NCBI RefSeq assembly: GCF_000281045.1
Contig: NW_008246084.1
Coordinates: forward strand, 749,824-803,178
Direction: 5' to 3'
Length of the DNA: 53,355 nt
Source of the DNA: Saprolegnia diclina VS20
Taxonomy: Eukaryota
Shown here: one piece after another, positions 45,401-53,355 of the stretch
Position numbering within the stretch: position 1 is the first letter of the stretch
How the letters are laid out: every line of letters begins with the position of its first letter
Notes under the pieces: model-generated
What the model saw: only the letters and a program-made list of their open reading frames with translations
Told to the model about the DNA's origin: nothing
Databases searched by the model: none
Made by a program: the position numbers and the translations under genes

Positions 45401-47271
45401 GCGAGCTCCGTCGTCATGGTGAGCTCCAAGAGCGCACCCGTTGACTCGACGGCCGGCGGGATCAAAAAGACGCTCACGTCCGCGACGCGAACCGCAATGT
45501 TCATCGTTGCGCCCTTGAGGAGCGAGCACGGCCCGACGTTCGAGAGGTTGAGCTTGGACGACGACGACGTGTCGTGGACCACGACCGCTGTCGTCGTTGT
45601 CGTTGCGGTCGTCTGCGCCGGCGCCGGCAGTTGCTCGGCCATGTACGCTTGCGCCGTCAGCTGGAGACGGTCGACGTACAAGAGAAATTCCTGCAGCGGC
45701 TCCTTGGCGGCAAAAACGGCGAGCTTCTCAAACGTCACGTCGAGGTCCATGCCGCCGGCAAACGTCTGGCGCAGGCGGCCGTCCAACAACTTTTCGTTGG
45801 ACGAGTGCGAGAGCAGCTGCGACCGCTGGCACTCCATGCTCGGCGTCAAGGTTGTCAGCTGGATGTCGCGGATCGCGTACTGGAGGTCCATGGCCACATT
45901 GCCCGTCGTACACTGCTCCATGAGCACGTCGACGCCCGCAATGGCAAACTCGGCCGCGAGCGTCGGCTCGCCCACCGGCGTCTTGTCGGCGACCGGCAAC
46001 TTCTTGTCCTTCGTGTCCAGCAGCTGCACGGTCCAGCGGTTGAGCGCGACGACAATGTGCTTGTCGCGAAACGGTGCGTTCTCGGCTTGCACTTTGGTCA
46101 CGAGCTCGATCGGCATCAAGTGGGTTTGTGCCAAATGCTCGGTCCAGCGCAGCGCCTTGGCACGCAGAGCAAGCAGCTGGTCCAAGGTCGCCATCTTCTC
46201 CACGTCATTCACGGCATCGACCGGCGTCGGCGCTTGCGCAGCAAAGTCCCACTTGAACGCGCGGCAGTACGCATCTTCAGCGTCGGCAGTCTGGTGGATG
46301 CACTCGGCCATCTCGGCCTGGTTGAGCGACTCTTGGAAGAGACCATACTTGACGTACGGGATGTAGTACCGGATGAGCGTCAGATACAAATGCGGCGAGA
46401 GCGTCGTCATCATGTCTGCGAGCGTGATCGAGAGCCCGAGCTTCTTCGTGTCGAGCGGCAGCGGCGAGAGCATGACCTCAAAGACGTACGGCATCGTCAC
46501 GTCGACGAGCAGAGACGGGAAGCCGAGCACGCGTTGGCTCTCGAGGCAAATGTAAAAGTTGCGCATCGCGACCGTACGGTGGTTGATCTGCACCTCTTCG
46601 TTCGTCGGCGCGCTCGTCAGCGAGAGCTCGGTAAGCGTGATCGTCAAGGGCGTCGTTGGCGCCGCGTCCTTCTCGCCAATGAGCTCGATCGAGACGTCGC
46701 GGATCGAGATCTTGATTGTCTCGGCGATCGAGTGGAGGAGACGCGACTTGAACGTCGACGGCGGCGGCGCTTCGTTGGGCGATGCGAGCCGCGCGAGGTA
46801 CGTCTGCACGGCCTGCGTCATGCCATTCGCGAGCGCCAGCTTGTTGGCGACAACCCGCTCGAGGTACGCCGCCCGGTCAAGCTCGCAGTTGACGCCAAAC
46901 GTACCGGCCACGCGGACGCCGACGATTTCGATCGACATGTTGTAGCACATGGGTCCCGACCCGCCAAAGAAGCTCGGGAGCTGCACATGGAGCGCGTCAA
47001 TGGACACATGGCTGAGCTCAATCGGGAACGGCAGCGAGAGGCGCAGATCGTGGAGGAACGAGGCTTGGAGCACGATGCGCTCGAGCGAGATGAGGCCCGT
47101 CCAGAGGTTGTAGAAGAGCTCGATGGAGCTGTGGATGTACGCCTTGGTGGCCTTGGCGACGACCGAGCCCAAGAGCGGGGCGATCGTGACCTTGGCGAGA
47201 GGCGGGATCACGCACAGGGACACGAGGATCGTCGTGAGCCCGAGGAACAGCATCGTCATGTCGAACTGCAT
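39430..47271 (-). CDS. VPS13: VPS13-family lipid transfer protein with EF-hand pair and two C-terminal C2 domains (intronless, about 2613 aa)
   Basis: VAB/SHR-BD-like repeats (FVIHNALPYTI, PFWIVNKTGLDL, PRYVVQNHTPYDI, PPYGVENYT). C-terminal motifs LQVDNML...FPVIL, GSIDMLGNPVGL and GLTGIITKPVEGA...GFMQG. Probable start MQFDM at 47271. Confidence 0.88.
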   Translation of the reverse strand: MQFDMTMLFLGLTTILVSLCVIPPLAKVTIAPLLGSVVAKATKAYIHSSIELFYNLWTGLISLERIVLQASFLHDLRLSLPFPIELSHVSIDALHVQLPSFFGGSGPMCYNMSIEIVGVRVAGTFGVNCELDRAAYLERVVANKLALANGMTQAVQTYLARLASPNEAPPPSTFKSRLLHSIAETIKISIRDVSIELIGEKDAAPTTPLTITLTELSLTSAPTNEEVQINHRTVAMRNFYICLESQRVLGFPSLLVDVTMPYVFEVMLSPLPLDTKKLGLSITLADMMTTLSPHLYLTLIRYYIPYVKYGLFQESLNQAEMAECIHQTADAEDAYCRAFKWDFAAQAPTPVDAVNDVEKMATLDQLLALRAKALRWTEHLAQTHLMPIELVTKVQAENAPFRDKHIVVALNRWTVQLLDTKDKKLPVADKTPVGEPTLAAEFAIAGVDVLMEQCTTGNVAMDLQYAIRDIQLTTLTPSMECQRSQLLSHSSNEKLLDGRLRQTFAGGMDLDVTFEKLAVFAAKEPLQEFLLYVDRLQLTAQAYMAEQLPAPAQTTATTTTTAVVVHDTSSSSKLNLSNVGPCSLLKGATMNIAVRVADVSVFLIPPAVESTGALLELTMTTELAVKSSLDAESMQLVLSEAALLPRLYQAPTDKSGFPTIFSPQTSLPQSLLAPLRIANGYELARTASGDFAQTLSVSVSDITLSFSQLNFAMFLSSVTSLSTIQTTTDDQMKKRRVAQEVAQEAEMALQIKQRLDVAQAQFEEIDVDHTKSIELDELEMLLAHAIVDQKLLTRELRELTATVFNTIDKDGSGTIDFDEFRHYLLETMNVDHLRGYVDLYACEYDALNVLETLFGPFSKSTPSDWFFFLTSRAASDPLDAFWSLYQAEMGATRTSRVGQSPALLQRKLVRLLQHHEAAHAVWDALVVPNLATSDENRDIDLAWTVNDDTACGGIVEFESAAKMILNQSAEPTIEVVETKPAPTMAGVSLRVRSDIKLGAFHVVLLDDKLPSTACRADLVVDELTCSVALSAAIGPNVYDVNAQASEWAMTLGLQVAASCYSDLSGQMEHSIEPWVCLVGVNSAAGVEGVRVWLEAEKRFQINVSSSLLEVLAILPEIMSGEHVVEPDAPKVVYRPDEPPFHVTNLTGVPLIFGNGDDQITLEPRSVQALKSVDVANCRVEIPSWGALTDVALPAFGPKELVVKDSAGAHFITLNAICRLEDPKDASVVFKSNIVISNKSSLDMEMQSLVHLAGFTSLNDKVTTLESATSLSLPISVFMGDTEVYLRSANSKSWHVNIKLTNDMLLDAQKPELNKTESSMNSFVRKGTIVPLHQKHKASKLVKQLTPSILLYRHVLTDNTVQWELSVLPSFVIHNALPYTIEYRFLEYRATPGAGRMDMNGIQTLLEASSVHGEVASGATGEVEGLSSQTPGYMAFRLRNGAATSMWSKPLLMAIHATVDLFTTAPEKYELEPNLSVSFERATMPGQPRVVKFSVPFWIVNKTGLDLSYKLPDADAASGAVDEVTVHPAFATPIMVHAPKARMSFRANAPSTSTPPSWTPLVTDDVVPPMFHQLSAAAAWSEPMNASAVQTSGEVYSSGHVLGVDITGLEGLFADSIAIALSPRYVVQNHTPYDIQVRAFATPATDHLNELAAVSNCPTYDLASHSNGVLYAFEPLSKDPLVKCQKYFSMALSGSTVWSSILAVNAVGDVYFPLECTIRKRGFIVKASIQLLGTHLFVVLTDASSYPPYGVENYTMHPVTLRQGSNLAKQTTELARAERLAFAWDQAYVADHKLDVTIQGQKFTVDIDSVGPVKTSDLSLLKLMDGPKKFVLEVVPVGSARVLRIVDARSKHLDKLRSAKTSLEGQARAVAASLYTTALDMRLAGFGVSFMDALPQEVLYLSMDDVRVQSAPQSLEWDISIFNLQVDNMLANAKFPVILAPVDSGYNSGSVTPVPFFKLVLETLGDNGSLFKVMDVAVQPAYIRVDIDYLFKLLGLLEPLLASETALQSQLELALELYSKPMPCPAPIRNSQLLYFEAFSVRETQFKLECIIQKEDIARSKAMAHSRSWLVNALMQLIGIVGSKLSGSPSFSFSAITKRHCFTTKDRLVSQLVQTYSRDVVMQAYKLVGSIDMLGNPVGLVEDLGSGLKAFLKVTTNEVLGDSQTRGEGVKILGKTVAKTGTGALAKFTGSLDKLMDEVSDVADTPHDKDERDANESTSVVDGGLKFAKNLGLGLTGIITKPVEGAMSGGVTGFMQGAVQGLAGAPVVLLKTVTSTAHTLATEASETLEDVVPFQGRRRKERQFVDKVLVVPSKQQPSMLHVEILSASGLVASSGQCNPICYVLLNDKVVFQTKCLFGTANPEWRAAKNIELKTESATTNVTFKVRDSFTGFESTIGQLRIPLNQLMMDFDQETGSSPLSKWVHSNVADLSAMSVDLPRLEKEYMLWGKPKKARDGKPPSLQVLVTVLDLVNYVPPKTMFGSTPNLAPYIGVELGGKSQKTTALKAASANMSWKETLTFDWKAPEKHKQISFTLFDKSMLVDETLGNVLLPLRLSEPRVDMLLDIRVNGVVNGQLHVKTEILGLPDDDDAEPSPIEGGATSKTAGKLKLHVAFS

Positions 47272-48637
47272 GAGGTTAGCAGAACGGACAAGCGCGGAAA
47301 TGCGAGAATAGGCGCAGCCGGTCAAGGCCACGCGAAACCTCCCAGATTTGATACAACCCGTTGAATGAAAATAGTGTGAATTGTGCAACTGTGCGTTGAC
47401 AGCGCTGACGTGTCAGGCTAAAGAGCGCTCGTCCAGCACCGTACACGAGACTATGGTTTATACCTCATAGAGATCGAGGGAGCGGCTCGAAGCCTCTTTG
47501 CCGCGCATTCATGGGAAGCGGCCACAAGTGCAGTTGTGTCCTTCTTCTCCGCCGGCGAGTTGTTCACGCCGAGGGCTAGGTGAAGTCATCGACGCGCAGC
47601 TCGCCAGGTCTGGGACGCGCTACACGGGCATGCTGGGCGGGCCTTTATACATAACGGTACAACGCAGCCTTCTCCACGTTGGGCGGGGCCGGTCGCCAAC
47701 GGAACGAAGTGTGTGACTTTCTTGGTCGGACCTGCACCATCGATCCCACAAACGCCGTGCACCCAAGCAACAAGACTACTACTGCGCGCGCGAGCAATAG
47801 CGATGAAGAAGCCACTGCTCACTCCCGTGGTCACTGCAGCTTTCCACAAGACAGTGTCGTCCGCGCGCAAGGCTCCGCCTGTCGATCGTGCTGCGCCAAC
47901 ATTTATACTAGCACACTATACCGGTGCATCCCTGGACCCGTCAAATGATCGTTTTCCAGAGGTCGAGTACTTTTTTTGGCGGCAACCAGCTGGCACAGCG
48001 AAATTCGGCTGCCACCAGGTGCGAAAGCCCCTCGCCGCAGCTCATCGCTCGCAGCAGCAGCACTACCGGTAGCACGTAGCATGACGAGCTGCTGGAACCT
48101 GGAGGTGCTGCGCTTCTGGCTGACTTGGCGGGCGTCCGAGAGGCTGTGGGGCTGCATTGACGCGACACGACACCTATCACGTCGGCGTTGGAGTTCGAAC
48201 CCATGTCAGCTCACATGTGGTGCTGCTCCCATTCGCAGGCAATCGCCAAAGCTGCTGGACACGTGCACTGCGGGCAATGGAGGGCCACAAATGCACGCCA
48301 GTCGCACCTCGTCGATGACAACATCTCGCTGCTTGGGGCCACTCGACGCTCATCAGCTCAGATGTAGACAAGGACGCGGCAAAGCCCATCCCACTCTTTG
48401 GCGGCTGCACGACCGGGCGCGTTTTTCATTCCATTCCGAACGCGCTCTCCAGATTTTATGCCGTCGTACATTGTTGCCTGCGATGGCATCGATCGAGTGC
48501 ATCGAATGCGAGCACCTCCGTGCGCCACGTCATGGCGGCAGTTTGGGAGCATTCGTACTTGTGTATCAAGGTGCAAAGCATAGCTCTGTGATGCGCAGTG
48601 TTTAACGCACTCTATCGCATTCGTCGTCTTCTTCCCG

Positions 48638-50716
48638 TCACGGCGTTATCTTCATGAGCGCCTCGCACGCCTCCATGTTGGTCTCAAAGGCGTGGTAGTT
48701 GATCGACCCAAGGCCTACATGCTCGTGACGTTGCGTGCATTTCACGATGACGCACCTCCGATGGGGTCCCAGCCAAAGCCGGCGGCGAAGCCATTGTCGC
48801 AGCAGGGCTGGTTGAGCGCGCCGCATCCGTTCTCGCCCGCCACAATGTCGTTAAAGATGAACGGACACACCTCGTAGAGCTATAAAAATGGGCACCGATG
48901 ACCACCCATCATCGACGCATCGAGACAGTACCTTGTACAGGTACGGGTTGACAAACCCGAGCTTGGGGCGACCGGTGCGCAATCGGTACTTGTTGAGGTG
49001 CGAGATAATGGCCGCAACAATGGGCGCTGACGCCGACGTGCCGTCACAGGATGTGTAGAAGCCAGCAATGTAGAGCGCGATACTGTGCCCCAGCGCCGAT
49101 ACTAGAAGACAATATGCGTTCAGCACGATGGTCAAGTGCGACGACGCACCGTCCGGGTACGCGCGACCGCTCACGTTGAAGCGCGGCTTGTCGAGCGAAT
49201 GGCGTGCCACGTAAGCGTCGACGACACTGGCCTTTTCGCATTGGCGATGAGACCCGCGACGCGACAGAGAACGGTACCTGATACGAGGGCCTCGGGCTGT
49301 CGGCGCTAAAGCCACCGCCGGTCGTGATGGCGCCACCATTGCGGATCGAGAGGCCTGTCTCCTTGCCGCCGACGTTGACGGTTGCACCCACCGACACGAT
49401 GTACGGCGACGACGACGGATAACTTGGCTAAAGAGTGTACGGTCCCATGTTGCCGGGGTGCGCAACGGGGTACTACCTGGTACTTGGCGCAGAGCTTGGG
49501 GCCGAAATCCTCGAGGTACCAACTGCCAACGACGCCATTGTCGCCACTCGCGACGACGATCGTTGTGCCCCGGAGTCCGGCCTTGATGAACTCGAGATCA
49601 AGGGCATTGCGATAGGATAGCGGCAGGGCACACTCGTCGTCAGCATAGCTATATGACCAAATGAGTGTAAACTCGTTGCGACATTGCACTAGCTGTCTTA
49701 CCTGATGGAGACGACGCTCGGTGCTGGCTCAAGGGCGTTGACGTCGCGCATGAAGCGAAGAAAAGGCTAGCCCATATCGGGTTATAAACGCCCATCGAAT
49801 GCCATCGATGTACCTCTTGGTTGGCGTCTGACGCGGGCTCGTCAGGAACGCGCAGATCGTTGTAGCAAAGGATCGTTGTGGCGTTGTTCCGTGTAAGCCC
49901 CGCGATGAGCTGCGCGTCCAACGAGGCTTCGCTTGTCGCGGTCTTGCCAGTGCCGTTCCCGATGCAATTGCGCTGGGCGGGCATCACAGAAAGCGGTGCT
50001 TGGCCGTTCACTACGCACAAATTGTGAGTCGGCACCTGGGATGATCGCGCTATACCGCCCAAGTACGACTCGATGTCTGTCTCCATGTAGGTCTCTTCCA
50101 AGAAGGTGCCAATGACGACGCCGTTGCCGTCGTAGCTGCTGTCGAGATCCTTGGGCAGGTGATATTGCTCCTGGAGCGTCTCGATCGTAACAACGCTTGC
50201 GAGCGGATTGTTGGCGCCGTACTGCAGCCGGCGGCGCGACGCACGAGCTTTGGTTCGTGGCAGGCGGTCGAGGCCGTCAATGAGAACAACGTGTGCTGCA
50301 ATGCTTTTGGGCATCACGACGCCATTTGAAGCGCGCAAGATACGACGCGTCTCGAGGCTGTAGGCGTGCACTTTGGTGTCAAAGAGGGTTTCGACGTCCG
50401 CGACCGGCAGCGTCACGCGCCAGAGGTCGCCCGCGCGGCTCACGACGGGGTTGTACTTGCTTAGTAAGGCTTGCATCGCGGCGGCCGCGGCGTCACTTGG
50501 CCGCGCCGCCGTGTCCAGGTTCGAGAGGTACCGGCCGTACGTGGCCGACGTGACATCCGAGATGGCCGCGAGCTGCGCTGCGAGGTCGGCTTCGGCCTGC
50601 AGCTGAATGCGCAGCTCCATTGTGTCTGCCTCGTGGGCGCGCTCAAGGCGGCGCCACGCTGTCGCGCTCGAAGTGAGCGCCAAGAGCGTCACGGCGAGCT
50701 GTTCCAGTCGCAGCAT
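48638..50716 (-). CDS. Secreted sedolisin/tripeptidyl-peptidase I-like S53 peptidase, multi-exon
   Basis: Signal peptide. Prodomain ISDVTSATYGRYLS...VETLFDT. Motifs EASLDAQ, ASGDNG, TGGGFS, GRAYPD, DGTSASAP, LGFVNPYLY, GWDPIGG. Confidence 0.9.
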
Positions 50717-50921
50717 CCTTCGAAATGACGATGGCGCGGAGGATGACGTCCAGAGGAAAAAATTTAATTCGAAAGATTGGGCAAAATGAAACAGGCCAAT
50801 CGGAGAGCGCGCGACAGATGTAGCTGCAACCAGCACAATATCTGTGCTGCAAAATCTTGCTTGGCCCTGCATGGACAGACTGCACAGTGACTTGGAAGGT
50901 TTGCAGCAAGGACAAGATGCG

Positions 50922-51374
50922 TTAAATATATTCGGTCGGATATGCCGGTGCCTGGACGCACACTGTCTTGGGCTGGCCTCGCATTGGCTGGATCTTGGTC
51001 ACAAACTGCTCTTCCAAGTACGCTTCCAGTTGCTGCCAGAGGCGGCAGCTGATGGACTTGGCCTTCAGCGTCAGCGACGGCGCGTCCGATCCGGTTTCAC
51101 AAATGCTGCGGAAGTACAAACTGCCGGGAAATTCTATCTTCCGGACGCCGTCCATGGTGGGTTTAGCGGGCTGTTGCCACAAGCACGCGGACGAGGCCTC
51201 TTGTGGCAGCGTGCTCGGCCACGCGGGCAGACCATGTGCGCTGGCGTTGTGCGTTGGGTGTGCTTGTTGCAGGTCTTGGATGCGGCGTTGTGCCTCGAGG
51301 TCGATGACGAGGCCAAAGATGAAGATGCTCACGATCAAACACGCCGAGACGATGATCTCTGTGAGCGGGACCAT
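50922..51374 (-). CDS. Small hypothetical protein with N-terminal hydrophobic segment
   Basis: ORF of about 150 aa starting MVPLTEIIVSACLIVSIFIFGLVIDL; no recognisable domain. Confidence 0.4.
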   Translation of the reverse strand: MVPLTEIIVSACLIVSIFIFGLVIDLEAQRRIQDLQQAHPTHNASAHGLPAWPSTLPQEASSACLWQQPAKPTMDGVRKIEFPGSLYFRSICETGSDAPSLTLKAKSISCRLWQQLEAYLEEQFVTKIQPMRGQPKTVCVQAPAYPTEYI

Positions 51375-51843
51375 GCGGGATGGAAAGGAGGATTTGAATT
51401 CTACTGCACTTTGGCGCAAGCCAAGACGTCGGATCGCAACGCCATCAACGGCAGTCGAAGATAGAGGGCGATGTGGGATTGGCCCGCCGGTATTCTATTG
51501 ATAGCAAAAAGGGTGCCACGTTGGCGGCCAACAGCCTTGCAAAGGCGAGCACTGTGGTGAAAGCCATCAGCGAACGAGCCCATAAAGCGCTAGACAGTCA
51601 TTCAAGAGTCCCTTGGACCTCATGCAGCGAGTAGATCACATGACGGGTGCAATTGTTGACGTGCTCTGCATACTAGTATGTTCGTCGCATTGTACTGAGC
51701 ACGCGCATAACGAACCAATTTATCATTGTCCTTGCCTAGAAACTAGAGCTATTGCTTGGGAGATGGCGCCAGCAATTACACGCAACGCAAGGCAGCCGAG
51801 ATACAGGTATGTGTATATTGGAGATGGGAAAATGACCTCGAAA

Positions 51844-53328
51844 TTAGGCACGTGTGGCTTCGGTGCGGCTGCAGATGAACACCTCCCACCCGCGAAGCTC
51901 GATGGTGACGCCGCCGGCCTTGGCTTTCGCGACGTACGACTGATCCCCGTCTACGAACGAGTGGCACGCGCTCGGTAGCTGAATTGACACGTTGGTGCAC
52001 GTCGCAAGGGCCTTCAAGAGCGCTTGCGTGGCACCGAGGCGAAACGGGTTCTTTGTGAGATCTAGCTCGAGAGGCACGCTCGCGTGTGTCTTGCGTAGCG
52101 CCTTGGCCAACGCCGATGCGCCGCGCGTGTCGATGTCGCAGTTGACGAATTGTACACGGCGTGCACCGGCTTGGACACATCGTGTGAGCGTGTCAACCGC
52201 GCTGTCATGGTTGGCGCCAAAACACCCGCTGCGCATCGCGGCGACGGACTCGAGATGCGTTGAGCGCGAGGCCCAGTCGAGAAGTGCGATCAGACTCGAT
52301 GCTGACACGTCGACGTAGTCCAACTTGAGGGTGCGAAGTGCCGACGGTACGGAGCTCAATTGCACGTCGGCGTCTCCGAGTTTCACCATATCGAGGGCGA
52401 GGTTCTCAAGCGCCGACAAGTGCGGTAGTGCAGGGATGAGGCAGTTTCCAAGGTCCATGCGGTCAAGGCACTGGAGAGAGAGGGATCTTAGCTTGGACAA
52501 AGGAAGCAGCGGCAGAAGACGTGGCACGAGGTTCCCCGTATTTGTCGTCAGATCCAGCTCCGTAATAGACGTCAACACGCCGCCGTGGGCGATGATCGAG
52601 TCGAGAACCACGTTGCATTCGCTCAAACACAAGCTTGCTAATGTCGGTGATGTCGCAAGCGCCCGCGCCAAACCAGCGTCAGTCGGGCCGCTGAATTTAG
52701 CAAGTTTCAAGCGGCGCACATGGCCAGACGCTAGCCAGCGCTGCAACGCCGCGACGGCGCGCGGTGGAAAATTCTCCGAATTGTCGGGCGGGGCGAGAGA
52801 GAGCTCTGCCACGCTGTGCGCGGACGATGTCACGGCCTCGAGAAGATCGACCTCGGTCGGAATGCACGCGCGCTTGAGGCTCGTACAACGGGCCAGCATG
52901 CGGCAAAACTCGTCACGATAGGTGGGGTATTTGAGGTCACTCATGTCGACGGACGTCATCTTGGCGGCCCACATCGCAACAAAGCCGCAGAAGGGCAGCC
53001 GGAAGGCAGGGTCGCCACTTGCTGGCCAGTGTTTGCTCAAGCAGAAACCGTTGATGCAAGCAGAGTTGAAAAGCGAGATGGCGGCGCCGATGCAGTCGAT
53101 CTCGTCGTAGGTAGCGCTGTAGAGTCGTGGTGTAGGCCAGTGCTTGGCGCCACGCGACATTGCCAACAACTCGAGGAGCACGGTCAGCGCTGGCGTGCGC
53201 ATGGCTAGCGGCAGCGCGCGTACAAACGAGACAACATCATTGGCTTCCGACGTGTACTGGAGAATGGCGACGGGCACGCCATCGACATCAAGCACCGTAG
53301 GTCGACTCGGACACAGCCGCTGCGCCAT
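51844..53328 (-). CDS. RNI-like leucine-rich repeat protein
   Basis: LxxLxL repeats (LASLCLSEC, ITELDLTTN, LRSLSLQC, LENLALD, LRTLKLD) and IDTRGASALAKAL..LELDLTKNP. Confidence 0.8.
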   Translation of the reverse strand: MAQRLCPSRPTVLDVDGVPVAILQYTSEANDVVSFVRALPLAMRTPALTVLLELLAMSRGAKHWPTPRLYSATYDEIDCIGAAISLFNSACINGFCLSKHWPASGDPAFRLPFCGFVAMWAAKMTSVDMSDLKYPTYRDEFCRMLARCTSLKRACIPTEVDLLEAVTSSAHSVAELSLAPPDNSENFPPRAVAALQRWLASGHVRRLKLAKFSGPTDAGLARALATSPTLASLCLSECNVVLDSIIAHGGVLTSITELDLTTNTGNLVPRLLPLLPLSKLRSLSLQCLDRMDLGNCLIPALPHLSALENLALDMVKLGDADVQLSSVPSALRTLKLDYVDVSASSLIALLDWASRSTHLESVAAMRSGCFGANHDSAVDTLTRCVQAGARRVQFVNCDIDTRGASALAKALRKTHASVPLELDLTKNPFRLGATQALLKALATCTNVSIQLPSACHSFVDGDQSYVAKAKAGGVTIELRGWEVFICSRTEATRA

Positions 53329-53355
53329 TGCGAGAAAGGCAGCTTTTGCCGTTTG

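Noticed and set aside
40846..47364. Long plus-strand ORFs opposite VPS13 (e.g. 43039-45390, 45574-47364), and similar antisense ORFs over UAP, GH17 and KRE6
   Set aside because: Expected shadow ORFs from strong GC3 codon bias; no motifs.
47400..48600. Short ORFs between VPS13 and the S53 gene
   Set aside because: No recognisable motifs or clear coding bias.
1..53355. CRISPR arrays, rRNA/tRNA genes, bacterial defence or operon systems
   Set aside because: Sequence is eukaryotic with introns; none seen by eye.

Overview
Eukaryotic, GC-rich, gene-dense DNA with short (about 45-55 nt) GT-AG introns. The gene content (KRE6/SKN1-type GH16, GH17-ricin, papain+ML, Inr/FPR-like promoters, RNI-like LRR gene) points to an oomycete, most likely Saprolegniales (inference). 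The window holds a Paladin-like phosphatase (5' part), a large Tudor-like hypothetical gene, a small coiled-coil gene, an inverted pair of GH17+ricin glucanases (one frameshifted), an Sds3-like gene, an intact Ty1/copia LTR element flanked by assembly gaps, a C1A protease-ML fusion, a KRE6-like gene, an unusual VPS13, an S53 peptidase and an LRR gene. The most striking feature is one 9-exon gene (11909-18165, about 1957 aa by manual splicing). It encodes three complete UDP-N-acetylglucosamine pyrophosphorylase (UAP1) domains in tandem, with a PH domain inserted into copy 1, a degenerate MDR oxidoreductase domain between copies 1 and 2, and a polybasic CaaX tail. This suggests a membrane-tethered multi-catalytic nucleotide-sugar supply enzyme. 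Second is an intronless VPS13 with an N-terminal hydrophobic anchor, an EF-hand pair and two C2 domains. All domain calls come from reading motifs by eye; no searches were run.
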